The notes under the pieces: generated by a model
The model's database searches: none
What the model was told of the DNA's origin: nothing
Seen by the model: the letters and a program-made list of their open reading frames with translations, nothing else
Made by a program: the position numbers and the translations under genes
Assembly (NCBI GenBank): GCA_973851085.1
Contig: OZ316776.1
Coordinates: 186,001-250,000, forward strand
DNA: 64,000 bases
Source of the DNA: Ptychomitrium polyphyllum
Lineage: Eukaryota
Direction: 5' to 3'
Shown: positions 51,110 to 63,980 of the stretch, one piece after another
How the letters are laid out: each line of letters begins with the position of its first letter
Position numbering within the stretch: position 1 is the first letter of the stretch

Positions 51110-52379
51110 TTCGACAGCGCGACATGGATTTTGGTGCCCTTTGTTCCTCTTTCGATAGATTTAGAAACATTGTTAATCGAGTTCTTTGATCTCCTCGAAG
51201 ATATGGAATTAGCACTTGATTTTTGAAGCTAATTGTCTCTGATGTGTTGCCAATGACCTACATAGACACCTTCGTGGTCAACAGTGGTGCATATGGGTTG
51301 TCATATGGAGTTCTGCACATCGAGATTGTTTCAAATGGGAAGGGCAAGTGCTTGCCACTGATGGCCATCAGCACTAGGAAGAGATGAAAACACAAGTATT
51401 TGAGGTTTCACTGTATATGCTAAATGCAGAAAACTCTTATTCTTTTGTGCCATGTTCCACTGCAAGCACTAAAATGATCCCTGTAATTTTGGAATTTTGA
51501 ATATATAGTGCCTTGTCAATTTCTCTTGATGTAGTTTGGTAGACTCCAAATCTACAATAATTGCAGTTATCTGTAGTCCTCAGGTTGCACACAGCATTCT
51601 CCACATTTTTAAGGCCTTGCTTTCTTCGTTTTGTACTGCTTCATGGTTATGTTGTCCTTGTAGTGTATGTGTGAGCCTGATTCAAGTTGCTTTATACTCC
51701 ACTCTGTGTTTCTGAAACATTCACAAGTACATTAGCAAAGGTGCGAAGGTCCACATTGTACATGTTAGAAAACCATGTATCCAATCTAATTTCCTATTTC
51801 TAAATACTATCAGAGATCTTTGAACTACACATGTATTTTCACTGAGATCAGTTTGTAACATATTTTTCAAGTCCAAACCTTGAGTTCATAATGGTGGTCC
51901 CTGTGTTACCCAAATTTTTTGTCATCTCCATCACTACTTGTATTTCAACTTCAAGCCTTGAGGCATCCTAGCTGAAGGTGAAGCTTTTGTTGAAAAATCT
52001 TGAAATATTTGTTGTGAGAAGCAGATAGAAACTGGCATGACTGAATGAGGAGAAAACCTACCATGCAAGAATGCCCATGATGTAGTCAAATGGCATCATC
52101 ATGATGCTACATATGTTAATTTTCAATGATGATCCAGCATTCTGTAGGAAACCCAGTTGAGGATGTTGTAAAAAGCAATGAAGTGGGCCCACATCTATGC
52201 ACCTCCAAAGCAACCACATTATAAGAGCAAGAAAAAGAAGAAAAAGCCAATGTATTTCAAGCTGAGGTGATCAGGTCTTCATCTGTCATGAATTCACTTT
52301 TCACTACATTTCAGTTTCTCAGTGGACAAATTAATTTTTTTGTTTCAATCCTTATTGTATAAGTTGTTTTAATTGCCTC

Positions 52380-53010
52380 AAGCATGAGATGGATGTTCAG
52401 TATGAGTGCCACATGTTGGTGATGTAACTTGATTTTAAGACAGAGGAGCATCCCATGAACAAGTCAGATATAACAATCTTTAACTTCTCAGGAAACTCAC
52501 ACCTACAGTGCCAAGTGGAGGCACTCATGTCATCAATCTTCCCATAACTGTTATGGTATTGGACACCTGGAGTGCTGCTGTCCAATTTGTTAGTCATTCT
52601 GCAATTGAATGCTTATTTTACCACACACATCTAACTCATGAAAAACTGACAGAAAATTCAAGCACAGATTTTCCCTGTAATGGTATGCCTAATTTTGGCC
52701 ATTACTAGGAAGTGAACATAATGCATTGGTTAAATCATCCAGACCTTGGGGAAATGGTGCAATCCAACCTTCAGTGCCACTTATTGCTCATTGGTTATTG
52801 AGTAAGTTGAGTGAAGTAGTCCTTAAGTTGATTTCAATACAGAAGTAACCCAGTGTTCCAAATTTTGAACAAATCATAACTACTAGACAAATATTTATGA
52901 GGGCTGAATTGAACTCATTCATAGGCAAAAAGTTACATATTCTAGCTATAAGAGACATGCATGGCCGGGGAAGGGAGTTCTGTGTTGGGCACACTCCCCA
53001 TGTCTTCAAA
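52380..53010 (+). mobile_element. Possible heavily decayed DNA-transposon (Plavaka/EnSpm-like) coding remnant
   Basis: A stop-interrupted but coding-like frame ..AIECLFYHTHL..GHY*EVNIMHWLNHP..LLLIGY, then AW and VLGTLP fragments, loosely recalling Plavaka Y.E.N...W and AW..LGYLP motifs. The region is CpG-poor. Confidence 0.25.
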
Positions 53011-53436
53011 AAGCAACATGTGCCAACCAGCCTTAAAGCCAGCACCCCACATAAAAAAACATTCTAGTTGCATTTACTGGTGCTCAACAGCCCACATCTG
53101 ATTTCAAACCTCAATGACCACAGTCAATGGACAGGAATGCTCCCTTGATCATGCCTGGTGTACAAGGGAGAAATTCACACAACCACTCCATGCTTCTCAT
53201 GATGGCTTTCTCAACATAAAGTAACCATCAACTCACTGACAAATTCACCTTCTAATCCAAAATCAACTTGTATTTCCACATATGAACTACACCAACCACC
53301 ACTGTATCAGCAGCAAGTTTGGCAGGAAATACCTTAGTTCCACAGATTCTATCATTCACAAACACCAAAAACTAGACTTAGTGGGAAAAACAAAGTTGAC
53401 AAAGTCAAACTCTTTAATTTGGAAATAAGTAATTGA

Positions 53437-53509
53437 AATCATTTCCAAATCACCAGTTTCTGCAATCATTTCCAAATCACCAGTTTCTGCAATCATTTCC
53501 AAATCACCA
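53437..53509. repeat. 27-bp tandem repeat, ~2.7 copies
   Basis: AATCATTTCCAAATCACCAGTTTCTGC at 53437 and 53464, plus a partial copy at 53491. Confidence 0.9.
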
Positions 53510-53993
53510 TTTCCAAACCAGAGACTCTTTACAGCAGAAAATGATGTCACATTTGTATCCAATAAAATGGAATATATTTTAATTGCAATGAAAGTGGGTA
53601 TTGGAACCCAGTGTGGTAAAGAAGGGCTACAAACGGCAGCTAGTTACATGTTAGTAAAAGAAATGACAAATTATCAAATGAAATTAGAAATTTTAGGACA
53701 AAAAGCTGAAATAAAATTTTAAAAAGTTCTATTGAAAAGAAGGACAAGATAGAACAAACCGAGGGGTTTTGATAAACAAGTGGTTGGTTATGTGTGATGA
53801 AGGACCCTGACGGAAATGTTCAAAAAACTTCGTACCGTGCAGGGAGAGAGGAGCGTGGGCTCGGCGGGAGCACCGCCATGGGAAGGCAGCGTCCCACAAG
53901 GCCAGCAAGTCACTGCAAAGCAAGGGTTTTCTAATGTCGTCTTCAAGGAACACGTTTTTTAGGAATCCTGCGGTGTTACGCGTAGCTGCCTCG

Positions 53994-54088
53994 TCCTAGT
54001 CCTAATCCTAATCCTAAACCTGATCCTAATCTTGATCCTGATCCTAATCCAGATCCTAATCCAGATCCTAATCCAGATCCTAATCCTG
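53994..54088. repeat. Hexamer microsatellite (TCCTAA/TCCAGA/TCCTGA) upstream of SGR
   Basis: About 16 degenerate hexamers, with a 12-bp higher-order unit TCCTAATCCAGA repeated three times. Confidence 0.85.
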
Positions 54089-54597
54089 CGCTGCAGCGGT
54101 AAGCATTGGGCACAGCGGTACTCAAAGTTAATAACGTTCGACAGGTTTTGTTGGAATTCGGTGGGCTGTAAAAAGTGGCGCCGCCCCCGAATCGACCAGA
54201 CGTGGAGAACTTAGCACACAGCACAGAGAGTCCCTGCAGAACCAAGTCACCGAGTGTGACAGAGGTCACATGTCGTTGCCATTACGTCTCTCCTATTCCT
54301 ATTCCTATTCCTTTTCCTTCTATTCCAGCTCAACGTTGCCCCTGCTCTACGATACCCCGCTGCACTCGAATGTATTGTGTGCGAGTAACCTTTCTCCAAT
54401 CAATCACGAGGATAGAGTGGTGAAGAGATCACTCCACGAGCGTCCAGCTCTAGGTTGGGATATCTTCTTTTTAGTCATGGTTGCAAGGCGTTGCCTTTTG
54501 GGATCCAGGTTTTGAGGTCGGTGGCGATTTTGGGATCGAATTCTTGATAGTTTTCTTGCGGCATAGCGTTGATAGGAAGTGAATTGGTTTGGTAGCC

Positions 54598-56395
54598 ATG
54601 GCCGCTGTCAGCTATTGCCAACCGGTAGCATCGGTCGGGAGTGGGAGAGGGGGTTTGGTGGTGCGAGGGAGAGAAGTGAACTCGTGGTCGTCGCAACCGG
54701 TGTCGATGATGGTGTCTTCCGTTGCGTATCGGAAGAATGAGGCAGAGAGATTGTGCGCTGAAGCAGGTCGGAGGATGGCGGCCGATGCGTTGGTTTCGCA
54801 GTTCTGGAGCAAGGGCAGTCGGAAGGGGCTTGCCATGAAGTTTGCTCCTGCGGCGGCGAACCGACCTGGGTCGCATCTTGTTGTGGTAAGAGGATTGTAC
54901 ACCTGTGCTGCCCAATTTCTGTTTGATAGAACAGAACTTACTATGAGTCTGTGCTCGTGTGAGTTGATGGTAGGTGGGCTCTCGAGGATTTCAAAGATGA
55001 CAAGATTCTTGCATCATTTAATGAGGAATATTAAAAGAATCATTGCGCTTAGCAGCTCCATTCATTCGGTTTACAAAGAAGGGTTTGCAACGTTTTCTAT
55101 GTTGGTGGGCTTGAAAGTCTTGGATAGACGATGATCGGTTCGAGCGAGGGTAGTTGTTAAAATCTTGAAGGGAATACAGAATGTTTTTGTGGATCTTGAA
55201 GTTTTGTATCTTGTTGTCATTCGTCTGACGGAGCTTGTTTTAGTGCCTATTACAGGAGGCGAGGCTGTTTGGTCCTGCTCTGTTTGAAGCAGCCAAATTG
55301 AAGGTACTCTTCCTGGGTGCAGACAAGGAGCACCCTGATGAGCTTCCTCGCATCTACACGTTGACACACAGCGATGTAACGTCCAAAATTACCTTGGCCA
55401 TTTCCAGGGAAATCAACAAAGCTCAGGTATTGTACTTCAGTGGGTGGTTATGTGAAAGAAGATTGTAAATGAAGTTTGTGAGGGCTTTTTTATGTGCAAG
55501 TCTTGTGGAGTCATGTCGTTTCTCTAGCTTTTCTAAAAAGCTTCATGTTTTTGAATTGCTGTCCAAGTTGGGAGACTAAAAGTGCTTCATTGTTGGTACT
55601 AGTGCAGTTGAAAGGCTGGTACAGCAAGCTGCAGCGAGACGAAGTGGTGGCGGAGTGGAAAAGAGTGCAAGGAAAGATGTCACTCCACGTTCACTGTCAC
55701 ATCAGCGGCGGCAACTTTCTACACAACTTGATCGCCAATCTCCGCTTTTATATTTTCAAGAAAGAACTTCCAGTTGTGTTGGAGGCATTCCGACATGGCG
55801 ATGAGGAGCTTCTTAAAACATACCCAGGTAACTAATCGGTGAACCATATATTTCTACAGATAATTATTAAATTATAATTTGGACATTATTGCAATTATGT
55901 AACGAACCTGCAGTTTGTTGACAAATGTCAACAAAATTGATTTGACTAATCTATGTGTTACTTGTGCAGATTTGGACAACTCCATGGTGTGGGTCTACTT
56001 CCATTCGAATGTCAAGGAGTATAACCGTGTGGAATGCTGGGGTCCTCTCGTGGAAGCTGCAAAGGTGTTGCATACCATCAATTCTTTCATTTCGTTTCGA
56101 GTACGAGTTTATTGTTGGTTCCTCTATTCTATTCAACCAGAGCGATTTGCATGGTAGTATCATTCCAGCCACTGAAGATGGCATTCTTCATTCCACGCAG
56201 AGTGCAAGCGAGGAAGCTAAGGAAGCCATTCACCATGCGATGGACGAAATAGAGAAACAATGGCCGAAGCAGCTGTGGCCAGGAAAAGTCTGCGACAAGC
56301 CTTGCGAATGCTGCTCACGTCATGAGTCTGTGATTCCGCTGCCCAAGACGTTCGACCTTCTTCAGGAGGAGCAGAAGCGGCAGCAAGACGGCTGA
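54598..56395 (+). CDS. SGR: STAY-GREEN Mg-dechelatase; exons 54598-54885, 55256-55426, 55608-55827, 55970-56064, 56201-56395
   Basis: Transit-peptide-like N-terminus, ARLFGPALFEAAKLKVLFLG, PRIYTLTHSDVT, LQRDEVVAEW, LHVHCHISG, VWVYFHSN..EYNRVECWGPL, and C-terminal PxxxCxxxCxCC. Confidence 0.95.
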
Positions 56396-58229
56396 GCATC
56401 GTAAGCAACCACCCAACTAACCAACAAGGTGCAGAATGTGGTATTCACAACCGACTCCTGAACGAGACTTCCAAGATCATGAAAGCCGATTAAGTACCCC
56501 CAATACATATAGGCCTGTCATTGTTGTGAACTGCGTCAGCCTTTCGATTTGTCGATTTTCACAAGCAGCTATCAGCTGTATAAAATGGTCTAGATCATCA
56601 GCATGTTTCCATGCAAGGGAAGCAAAGTGAAGAATTAAACCAGCTGAATTGTACATAATCTTATAGACTGTATACACATACATTATATTCAAAACTATTG
56701 AACAGATTTTAACCACATATTTTTTTTTCACATTTTAGCGTTTGAAAGACTTTAGTGTTTATTGGTGTAGGCAGCACAATTAAACCAGTTTACGCACCTT
56801 GTAGGCAACTTGGTGGATCATCTTAAGAGGTTTACATCGTACTCCAACCATTTCTATATAACTATGTCCTGTCTCAGAGTACCACAGCATGTAATATACA
56901 GTACGTTCAAAGATTTAGAGACCAGTCTCCCAATTGTGTGCACAACGATTTGTAATGTATTTATCATAATTTTCTGTGCACAACCGCCTCTACATGTTTC
57001 GGGATCTCACCTTAGTTTGTCAGGTCAATGTCCACGTACGATATCCAGCATCTTTAAAGTTTTGTTGGCTCTATTCTGGCAATTTTGCTTAGTAAACGTG
57101 TAGATTCAACGCTTGACCGACTCTCATCCCAGCCTGCATACCTTGAGCACAGTTTGCACCTACAGAAGCATACAAAGGAGGTCCACCAGTCCAGCCAAGG
57201 GGAGAGATGAAAATTTCGGAAGTTGCAAAACGTACTTCGGGAATGATCCTCAGTACAACTAGCAATTACTCTAGTCCTGTAAACATAACAAAATCAAGAA
57301 ACAACACAAAACATAAACAAGATATTAATTGCCATTAATATTGCTGCTCCTTACAGCATTCCAGGCGCAGTTAACTACTGCAGTCAGCGATACACACCTC
57401 AAACCTCAGCCAGCAAGACCAGTATTTCGCACACCTCCTTTGCTCCTTAAGCGCGAGCTCAACTGCAAAAACTCCTTGTAATCAATCTAAAACCATCCAA
57501 ACATACTCCCTCTTAGAGTGCGATATCCAGAAAACAATCGCCTTACAATTAGAATGTGGTTCTCCAGACAAACCATACAACTCAGTCGTAGTATGGGCTA
57601 GGTGTGTGAAGCTTGAAGGAGGGCGTTGCAGGGGTGATAAGATGCCTAGAGGTGCACCTCATTGGTTCATCCGGATTTCGAACTCGCACTTTTGCAATTT
57701 ATTCCATTGCCGCTGCCGCTCTCTGGCGGCTGGCTGCGGTCGGCCAAACTGTACCGGCGTTGAAAGTTCATGGGATTCATACCCGTCTTCAAGGCACCAA
57801 AGCTCAGAGAAGAGCACCTCCAGAAATCTGCATCCATCGGAAAAAGAATTATCTAGAGACACAATGAACTGCACTCTACTTCACTGTCAAGTAAGAAGAA
57901 GTTTAGGACCCGAGCTACGTAACATGTATCTGAAAGGCGAAGCATAATCAAATGAATTTGAAGAGCTAAAACAAATAAATTTTTAATCACTTTTCTGCAT
58001 TTTCTAGTATATGAAAAAAATCCATATGTTTTCCTTTCCATTTTTAAGTGCTGTGAAAAATCATTGGCTGGGTGCACTCTACGGTTTTGGATGGACTATC
58101 AATTTATAATAAAACGTAATAAAATCCCTATGTATTTCGAAATACTACGACCTTATTTGAGTCATATATTGTAGGATGTAGGTTTTATTAGGCCAAGGTT
58201 ATCGCTTCTCCTGACATGGCAATGTCCGC

Positions 58230-58340
58230 GCTCAACACTTGGCAGACTAATAATGGTCGAGACCACGTGGCCGCTTCTGCCGAAGATCTGACGTGCAAAT
58301 TTTATCGTCGCTGCGACCTTCTCCTGCAATAAATAAGGGT
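58230..58340 (+). promoter_or_regulatory. ABRE/G-box promoter elements of the LEA-like gene
   Basis: CACGTGGC at 58264-58271, GACGTG at 58290-58295 and an AT-rich TATA-like AATAAATAA at ~58328, all 110-185 bp upstream of the ATG. Confidence 0.65.
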
Positions 58341-58446
58341 CAACATTCTACCTCTCTCCAACACTCGCTTCCAACAAAATTCGGAGTAACCATTCCGCAG
58401 CTCTGCAGAAGTTTTGAGCCCATTTTTTCAGACTATCATCACCATC

Positions 58447-58926
58447 ATGTCGACCTACGATGACACCAAGAATGTTGCAGCTCAGAAGAGCGAGGACACC
58501 AAGAACGCTGCGCAGGTGATCGATTCATTCTATGGTTGACTGGCTATGACAATTTCTTATTTCTTCAATAGTTGATCACAGAACTTTTGGAGTGAGGTTA
58601 TGTACGAGTGCTTCACGAATTGCATTCTTGTAGATGTGCCTGGCTTGTTTTAAGTTTGTAACTTCGCTTTATGGAAACCATTCATAGTGCAAGGCATGCT
58701 TAAATTGTTAGGGTCATGAAAGTTGTAGTTGACATGTATGGGTGGGTTTGTTCAGGGTGCTGCCGGGGCAACACAGCAGAAGGCCAGTGAGACGGGTGCC
58801 TTTGCTCAAGACAAGGGCATCCAAGCCAAGGAGGGAGCTGGAAACGTTCTTCAACAGGCTGGCGATGCAATTAGCAACGCAGCCAAGTCTGTAGCTGACA
58901 CTGTTAATCCAAACAAGTCTACTTAA
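58447..58926 (+). CDS. Small hydrophilic LEA (group 3/LEA_4-like) protein; exons 58447-58515, 58756-58926 (79 aa)
   Basis: MSTYDDTKNVAAQKSEDTKNAAQ|GAAGATQQKASETGAFAQDKG..AGNVLQQAGDAISNAAKSVADTV. Rich in A/K/Q/T, with 11-mer-like repeats and upstream ABREs. Confidence 0.82.
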
Positions 58927-60618
58927 GTATTAGCAATGAATTCGTCATCTGTCGTTTGCTGCAATTTTCGTTTTGTACATAATTATATGCTGTTGTTGCT
59001 TCGCTAAATCCTTCATGTACTGAGCTGAAGCAAATTCTGCAATCTGTGAAACGATATTTGCGAAAGATTACCGGTGTACGTTTCTTTATTAGGCAGGTGG
59101 TGTTCTTTACTTCAATTGTAATACATTGCATTTTCATTGCAGTCAATATTTTGTTCATTTTATGATTACATTTGACAGCGACATGTCGTCAAATGTCTGA
59201 TACGAAATTTTTATGAAGAAGTGTGTACACTATTGATGCCTTCTCCGAATTTGTGCACAACGGAAGTATGTGAATATTATAACAGACCACTGTGAACACC
59301 GTATACCTTTGTAAGCTTGTGCATATTAAGTCAAATACAAATTCTTACAATAGTAGTCTATTTTCAAATTTTTCCTACTCAGTGGCGGTGGGAAGTGTCA
59401 AACTATCATCAATTAATAAAGTACAAATTATTTACCAACCTGCTCGATCAAGCATTGTCCAACATTAGATACAAACACAGAATAGAATTTACAGAATAGA
59501 TTGTAGCAACTGGCAGTTTGGAGAAAAACTATACTAATAGTAAACAAGATTTAATAGTGAATGAATGTAGATTTTTTGACATTGATTTCTTCTATAAAAA
59601 CTACTACAAATTTTTCAGTAGAAAACACTTGAAGACCTAAACTTATGACATAGCTTGACCAAGAACAAAGATTTCTACTACATGCTACAAGTTTCCACTA
59701 ATGGCAATACTTTAACTGACCACCTACGCAATTAGTTAGTTTGCTTTGAAATTGGTTAGTTTGCTTTGAAATTGTAACTGCTGTGGTTTGGATCTTGTAA
59801 TTTGTGTTTTAAGAAAAGTCTACCATGCGCACTTATGGGAAAGCTGGTGAAAGCCGACATACTATGAGTTGCAATATTACAAATTTTCGTAGTACTTAGC
59901 ATACATTTCTCAAATGCTGAAGTCACTACTGCAGTTGAAGAGGCTAAAGTACGTAACAGTAGATAGTATATTTAGTTAAATCTATCCAGATATGAAGGAC
60001 AGTCTGCCCTAACCTTCTGGAAATAAGGCAAAAGTATCATAGATTTGACTCGATCGTTGATAAGATAAAGGCAATCCTTCTACTATTTTACAATAAAAGA
60101 CAGCACATCAACTTTCACCTAAATCCTGTCTCCCAACCATATAACTGCTAATTCACATACCAATCACACAATTCTCCTTCACGAGTACGGTGGTATGCTT
60201 TACCTTGCAAAGATATACAGTTTCTATTTACCAAAGGAAAGACATAAGCAAATGTACAGTTTCTATTTAATATGAACAAAGTAAATACATGAACTAAACA
60301 GACAACTTGCAAGATCTCACCTCAATATCAATCTTGTGTACCGCCTCCGAGCACTCAAGAAGAATATAATTTGATCAGCCACTCATGCTGCAACTGAATG
60401 AGGAGTAAATAGCCAACTAGAATGCACAGTTAAATCCACGGTGCTAGTTGTCAGCATGCTCAAACCACCAGAATCATAAAAAAAATTCTATGAATTCGGA
60501 GCCTGCGAATAGTCCAATGGTTTACAATGGCGACAAACTTACAGCCATCCCGATACCTTACCCAAAGTACTCGTATTCATGAATCAAGGATAGTGTAGTG
60601 GAGCGATTTAGGCAGGTC

Positions 60619-61443
60619 TCAGGTATGCAGATAATTGGCTGCCATCATGAGCTCCAATGTGATCTCGGGCTCAATGTGAAACTCCAGCTCCCTGCCACTA
60701 CTCAGCCACAACACGAACATCCACAACCAAAGAATCAAGTACATACTGGTGTTAGACAATGACATCGCCCAACCCTACACCGAGAAAGAGAGAGTGAGAA
60801 AAAAAACACTTAGCATTCTTACCGGGTAAATTGCAACGACCAGTAGAAGTACTGGCACACCTTCTCCAGAATGGGTGTACTGATTTCCGGGAAATTCACT
60901 TCACCCAGCTCATTTTCCGTAAAGCTGCCTGATTAAAAAACGCTCAAGTCTCAATTACGCAGAAAACAGAAAGAGAATAAACAGGAGGAAAAACTCCTAA
61001 AGGCATTTGATAAGCCACGCTATGAAACCCTAATACCTCGCAAGGGACAGGTAACGCATCCCGAAAGCGATTGACAAAGAGCAGTTTCTGATGCACAGCA
61101 TAAGTAATACGAGTTCGGGTTCCAAAAACGAGTGGGTAGAATCCTAGAGAAACAACAGGAGCGATCGAAAATATTGCAAAAGGAAAAAACGCGAAATGAG
61201 TGGCGGGGGGGGGTCAAATAAATATGCGGCAAATCAAGAAACGAGAGACACCGAGACACCATTGCAGCGTGGAAGCGAGAAGCACAGACCACTTGAGAGC
61301 ATATTCCTCAGCGTGTTGGAAACAATAGCAGCCTTCCGATCAATAACAAATTCGAAACCCTCCGCGCTCACAAGCTTCACACTCTGCGGCTTGTATAACA
61401 TCTTTTCCCCTTCTTCCATCGTCAGTCCTCCGTCCTCCGCCAT
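60619..61443 (-). CDS. ELOC: Elongin C (Skp1/POZ fold); exons 61443-61290, 60928-60823, 60697-60619
   Basis: VKLVSAEGFEFVIDRKAAIVSNTLRNMLSS|GSFTENELGEVNFPEISTPILEKVCQYFYW..|EFHIEPEITLELMMAANYLHT. Confidence 0.94.
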
Positions 61444-61558
61444 TCTGGATACGAATCCAACCGGCACGAAACATAGGCCACAAAACCGCCACAATCAGAG
61501 AGAGACAAAAATGTGAAGAAACCAGCGCCGCGAAGAAAAATTATAAAATGGAAGGAAC

Positions 61559-61603
61559 GAAAGAAAGAGAGAGAGAGAAAGAGAGAGAGAAAGAGAGAGA
61601 AAA

Positions 61604-61639
<36 letters not shown>

Positions 61640-61640
61640 G
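61559..61640. repeat. Imperfect (GA)n microsatellite in the Elongin C 5' region
   Basis: GA/GAAA run read directly, CT-rich on the sense strand. Confidence 0.9.
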
Positions 61641-63699
61641 AAGGAAAGAACAAGTGGAGAACCAAGCCTCCGAATCTTCAAAGAACCGTTGCGGCATCCC
61701 CACCCACACCCACCCCACCGCGCATCTCCACGCGTCCCTCCCCAGGCCCAGGCCACGGCCACGGCCACGGCTACGGGCCCCTGCGCGGTGCGCGGGTGCT
61801 ACCCCACTCCCTGCCCCGCACGCTAGTTTGGAACTTGCCTGTGGAGCCTATCCCACGGTCTTGATCTCCATTCCTCCCAATTTGCCTTGCCTTCACATGT
61901 GCTCACCAGAGCTCCTAACCCTACATCCTTTTACGCAAGGTGAACAAAGAAATGGATTTTTTATGGAACAATGGGTCTCCAATATTCTTTCGTCATAGGC
62001 TTTTTTCAATCCATTCTAAGATTCATTGAAGTTGAAAGCATTCTATTCTCTAAACCATCATTTAACTCTTGCAACTAATATTGTTATTTGAGAAGCATGG
62101 TGTTTTGAAAAATTCTACATTTCAAATCCAAGCTTGATTTATAACCCAATTTATTATTATGCTATAAATGTGTATGGTGTATAATAAATTTGAAACTACA
62201 TTTTGCTTTTGCCCTCCAAAAAAAACTTTCTACATATTTTGATGTACAACACATGCTACATTAATATAGTTAAAGTAAAATGAATTTCAAAAGTTCCAGT
62301 GATTTATAAAGAACTTCATATTATATATTTTTTCAATCCATTAAGGACTAAGGTACTTAATAAAGGCTATTAAAGCATGTTTTTCATTTTTACTCAAAGA
62401 TAAAAATCAAAATAGCTAATAATATATCTATTCTATATTCTAGATATGAAAATGAAATAAAGAAATGTAATGGTATTTTTTTTGTTGCAAATTATATTAC
62501 ACTTTTTATAACATATGTTTAGTAATATTTTGAAGCTAAAATCAATTTTCTATAAACATTTTTTTTATTTAGATAATTTTTTATTTTTTTAAGTGCCAAA
62601 TACATCAAAAAAAAATTATATATATCAAAGATTCTAAATTCATTGTTTAAAGTGTATATTATAGTAAGAAACTTCCACAAGAAAATTTTATTGGAATAAC
62701 TTTTATATAGATCTTATGGTCTATCGATTGAAAGTTTTTTTTAATCATAATTATTTTTATTATTGAAAGACTATTTTCTTATATTGTATGTATTTAGATA
62801 GAAGAATGTCAAAAAAATAACTTGAATGCATGTTTCTATGAGTAATTTAAGTTTATATTAAGTTTTTGAAAATTAAGTAACAATAAAAAATTTGATCATA
62901 TCAATTTTTTTTATTTTTTTAGTAAATCAAAACACAATTTGTAATGCAAAAAGATGTACAAAACATTTATATATAATACATAATGAAATTATTAACAATG
63001 TAGAATTTAAAAGCAAGACAAGCACATTTTGTTTCATAATTTTTAAAGAAATGCGTATATTTTGCTATATAAAATGAAATTTGTGAACATTCCACAATAT
63101 AATTAATAATCTTTGGATTTTTTCAACCAATAATTCAAAATATGTGAATATTAGTATAATGTAAACAATGTTCTAATCAAAATGTGTAACTTTGTCTACT
63201 CAATTGCTATTCCTTAAAAAATAATACTTTAAAAATTTAATCCATCATATTTCAAGCCTCTTTGTCCATCCCACAAATGTGGAACCTTCAATGACATATT
63301 TTTCTAAATGTTCATATAATTTTATTTGAATAAGTGTTAATTACATAGTTTTAAAATAGTATTCATAGTTATCAATGTAGAATAATCTTGAGCTATTAAT
63401 TATGTTACATTTATAAAGAAGTTGTTGATTGAGCATAGTACATTTGAGTATTTTTTTTAAATCATGTATTGTGCTAATAAATTAGATGCTAAAATTTTAG
63501 TATTTAAGGCATTATTTAAAATACAATTGAAGCATATTATTTAATTGAATAATTTTAAAAATAAAAACATAATGATTTAAATACTTAAAACTTACAATAT
63601 CACACAATTGTGTTTGATGCTTGAGTTCCATTTGACCAAATTTTTGGAGATATAAACTAATCATGTGATAAATTCCAATACTAGCAATAAAGCCTACAC

Positions 63700-63980
63700 T
63701 GACAATAGGTAATGTTTGGAAATTAGCAACAATTAAACAATACATTATTAACAAACATAGGAGCAGTGGCCAATTAGAAATTGAAGGAAATTTGAAATTT
63801 CTTTTAATGCCATGTTTTAGAGAACTTTTAAAGTCATTAGTACTTGATTCACCAGGGCAATTACGAATGTGCTCTTGATAAACCATTGCACCACAAGCAA
63901 AACAAATTACAGCCATACTTCCCCATTTTGAACAAATTGTATTTAAGTTGTCCATATTGATGGTTGATGTAATATGCAAT
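63700..63980 (-). mobile_element. Possible Helitron Rep/helicase N-terminal remnant in AT-rich DNA at the window end
   Basis: ORF 63512-63979 contains GSMAVICFACGAMVYQEH...FKSSLKHG..FKFP, resembling the Helitron G.M...C..C.A....E...F..CC..G..LP pattern, but without the CC pair. Confidence 0.35.

Noticed and set aside
53437..53509. 27-bp repeats as a CRISPR-like array
   Set aside because: Head-to-tail copies with no spacers, in a eukaryotic context.
61422..61998. Glu/Arg- or Ser/Leu-repeat ORFs
   Set aside because: Translations of the (GA)n microsatellite and GC-rich promoter of Elongin C.
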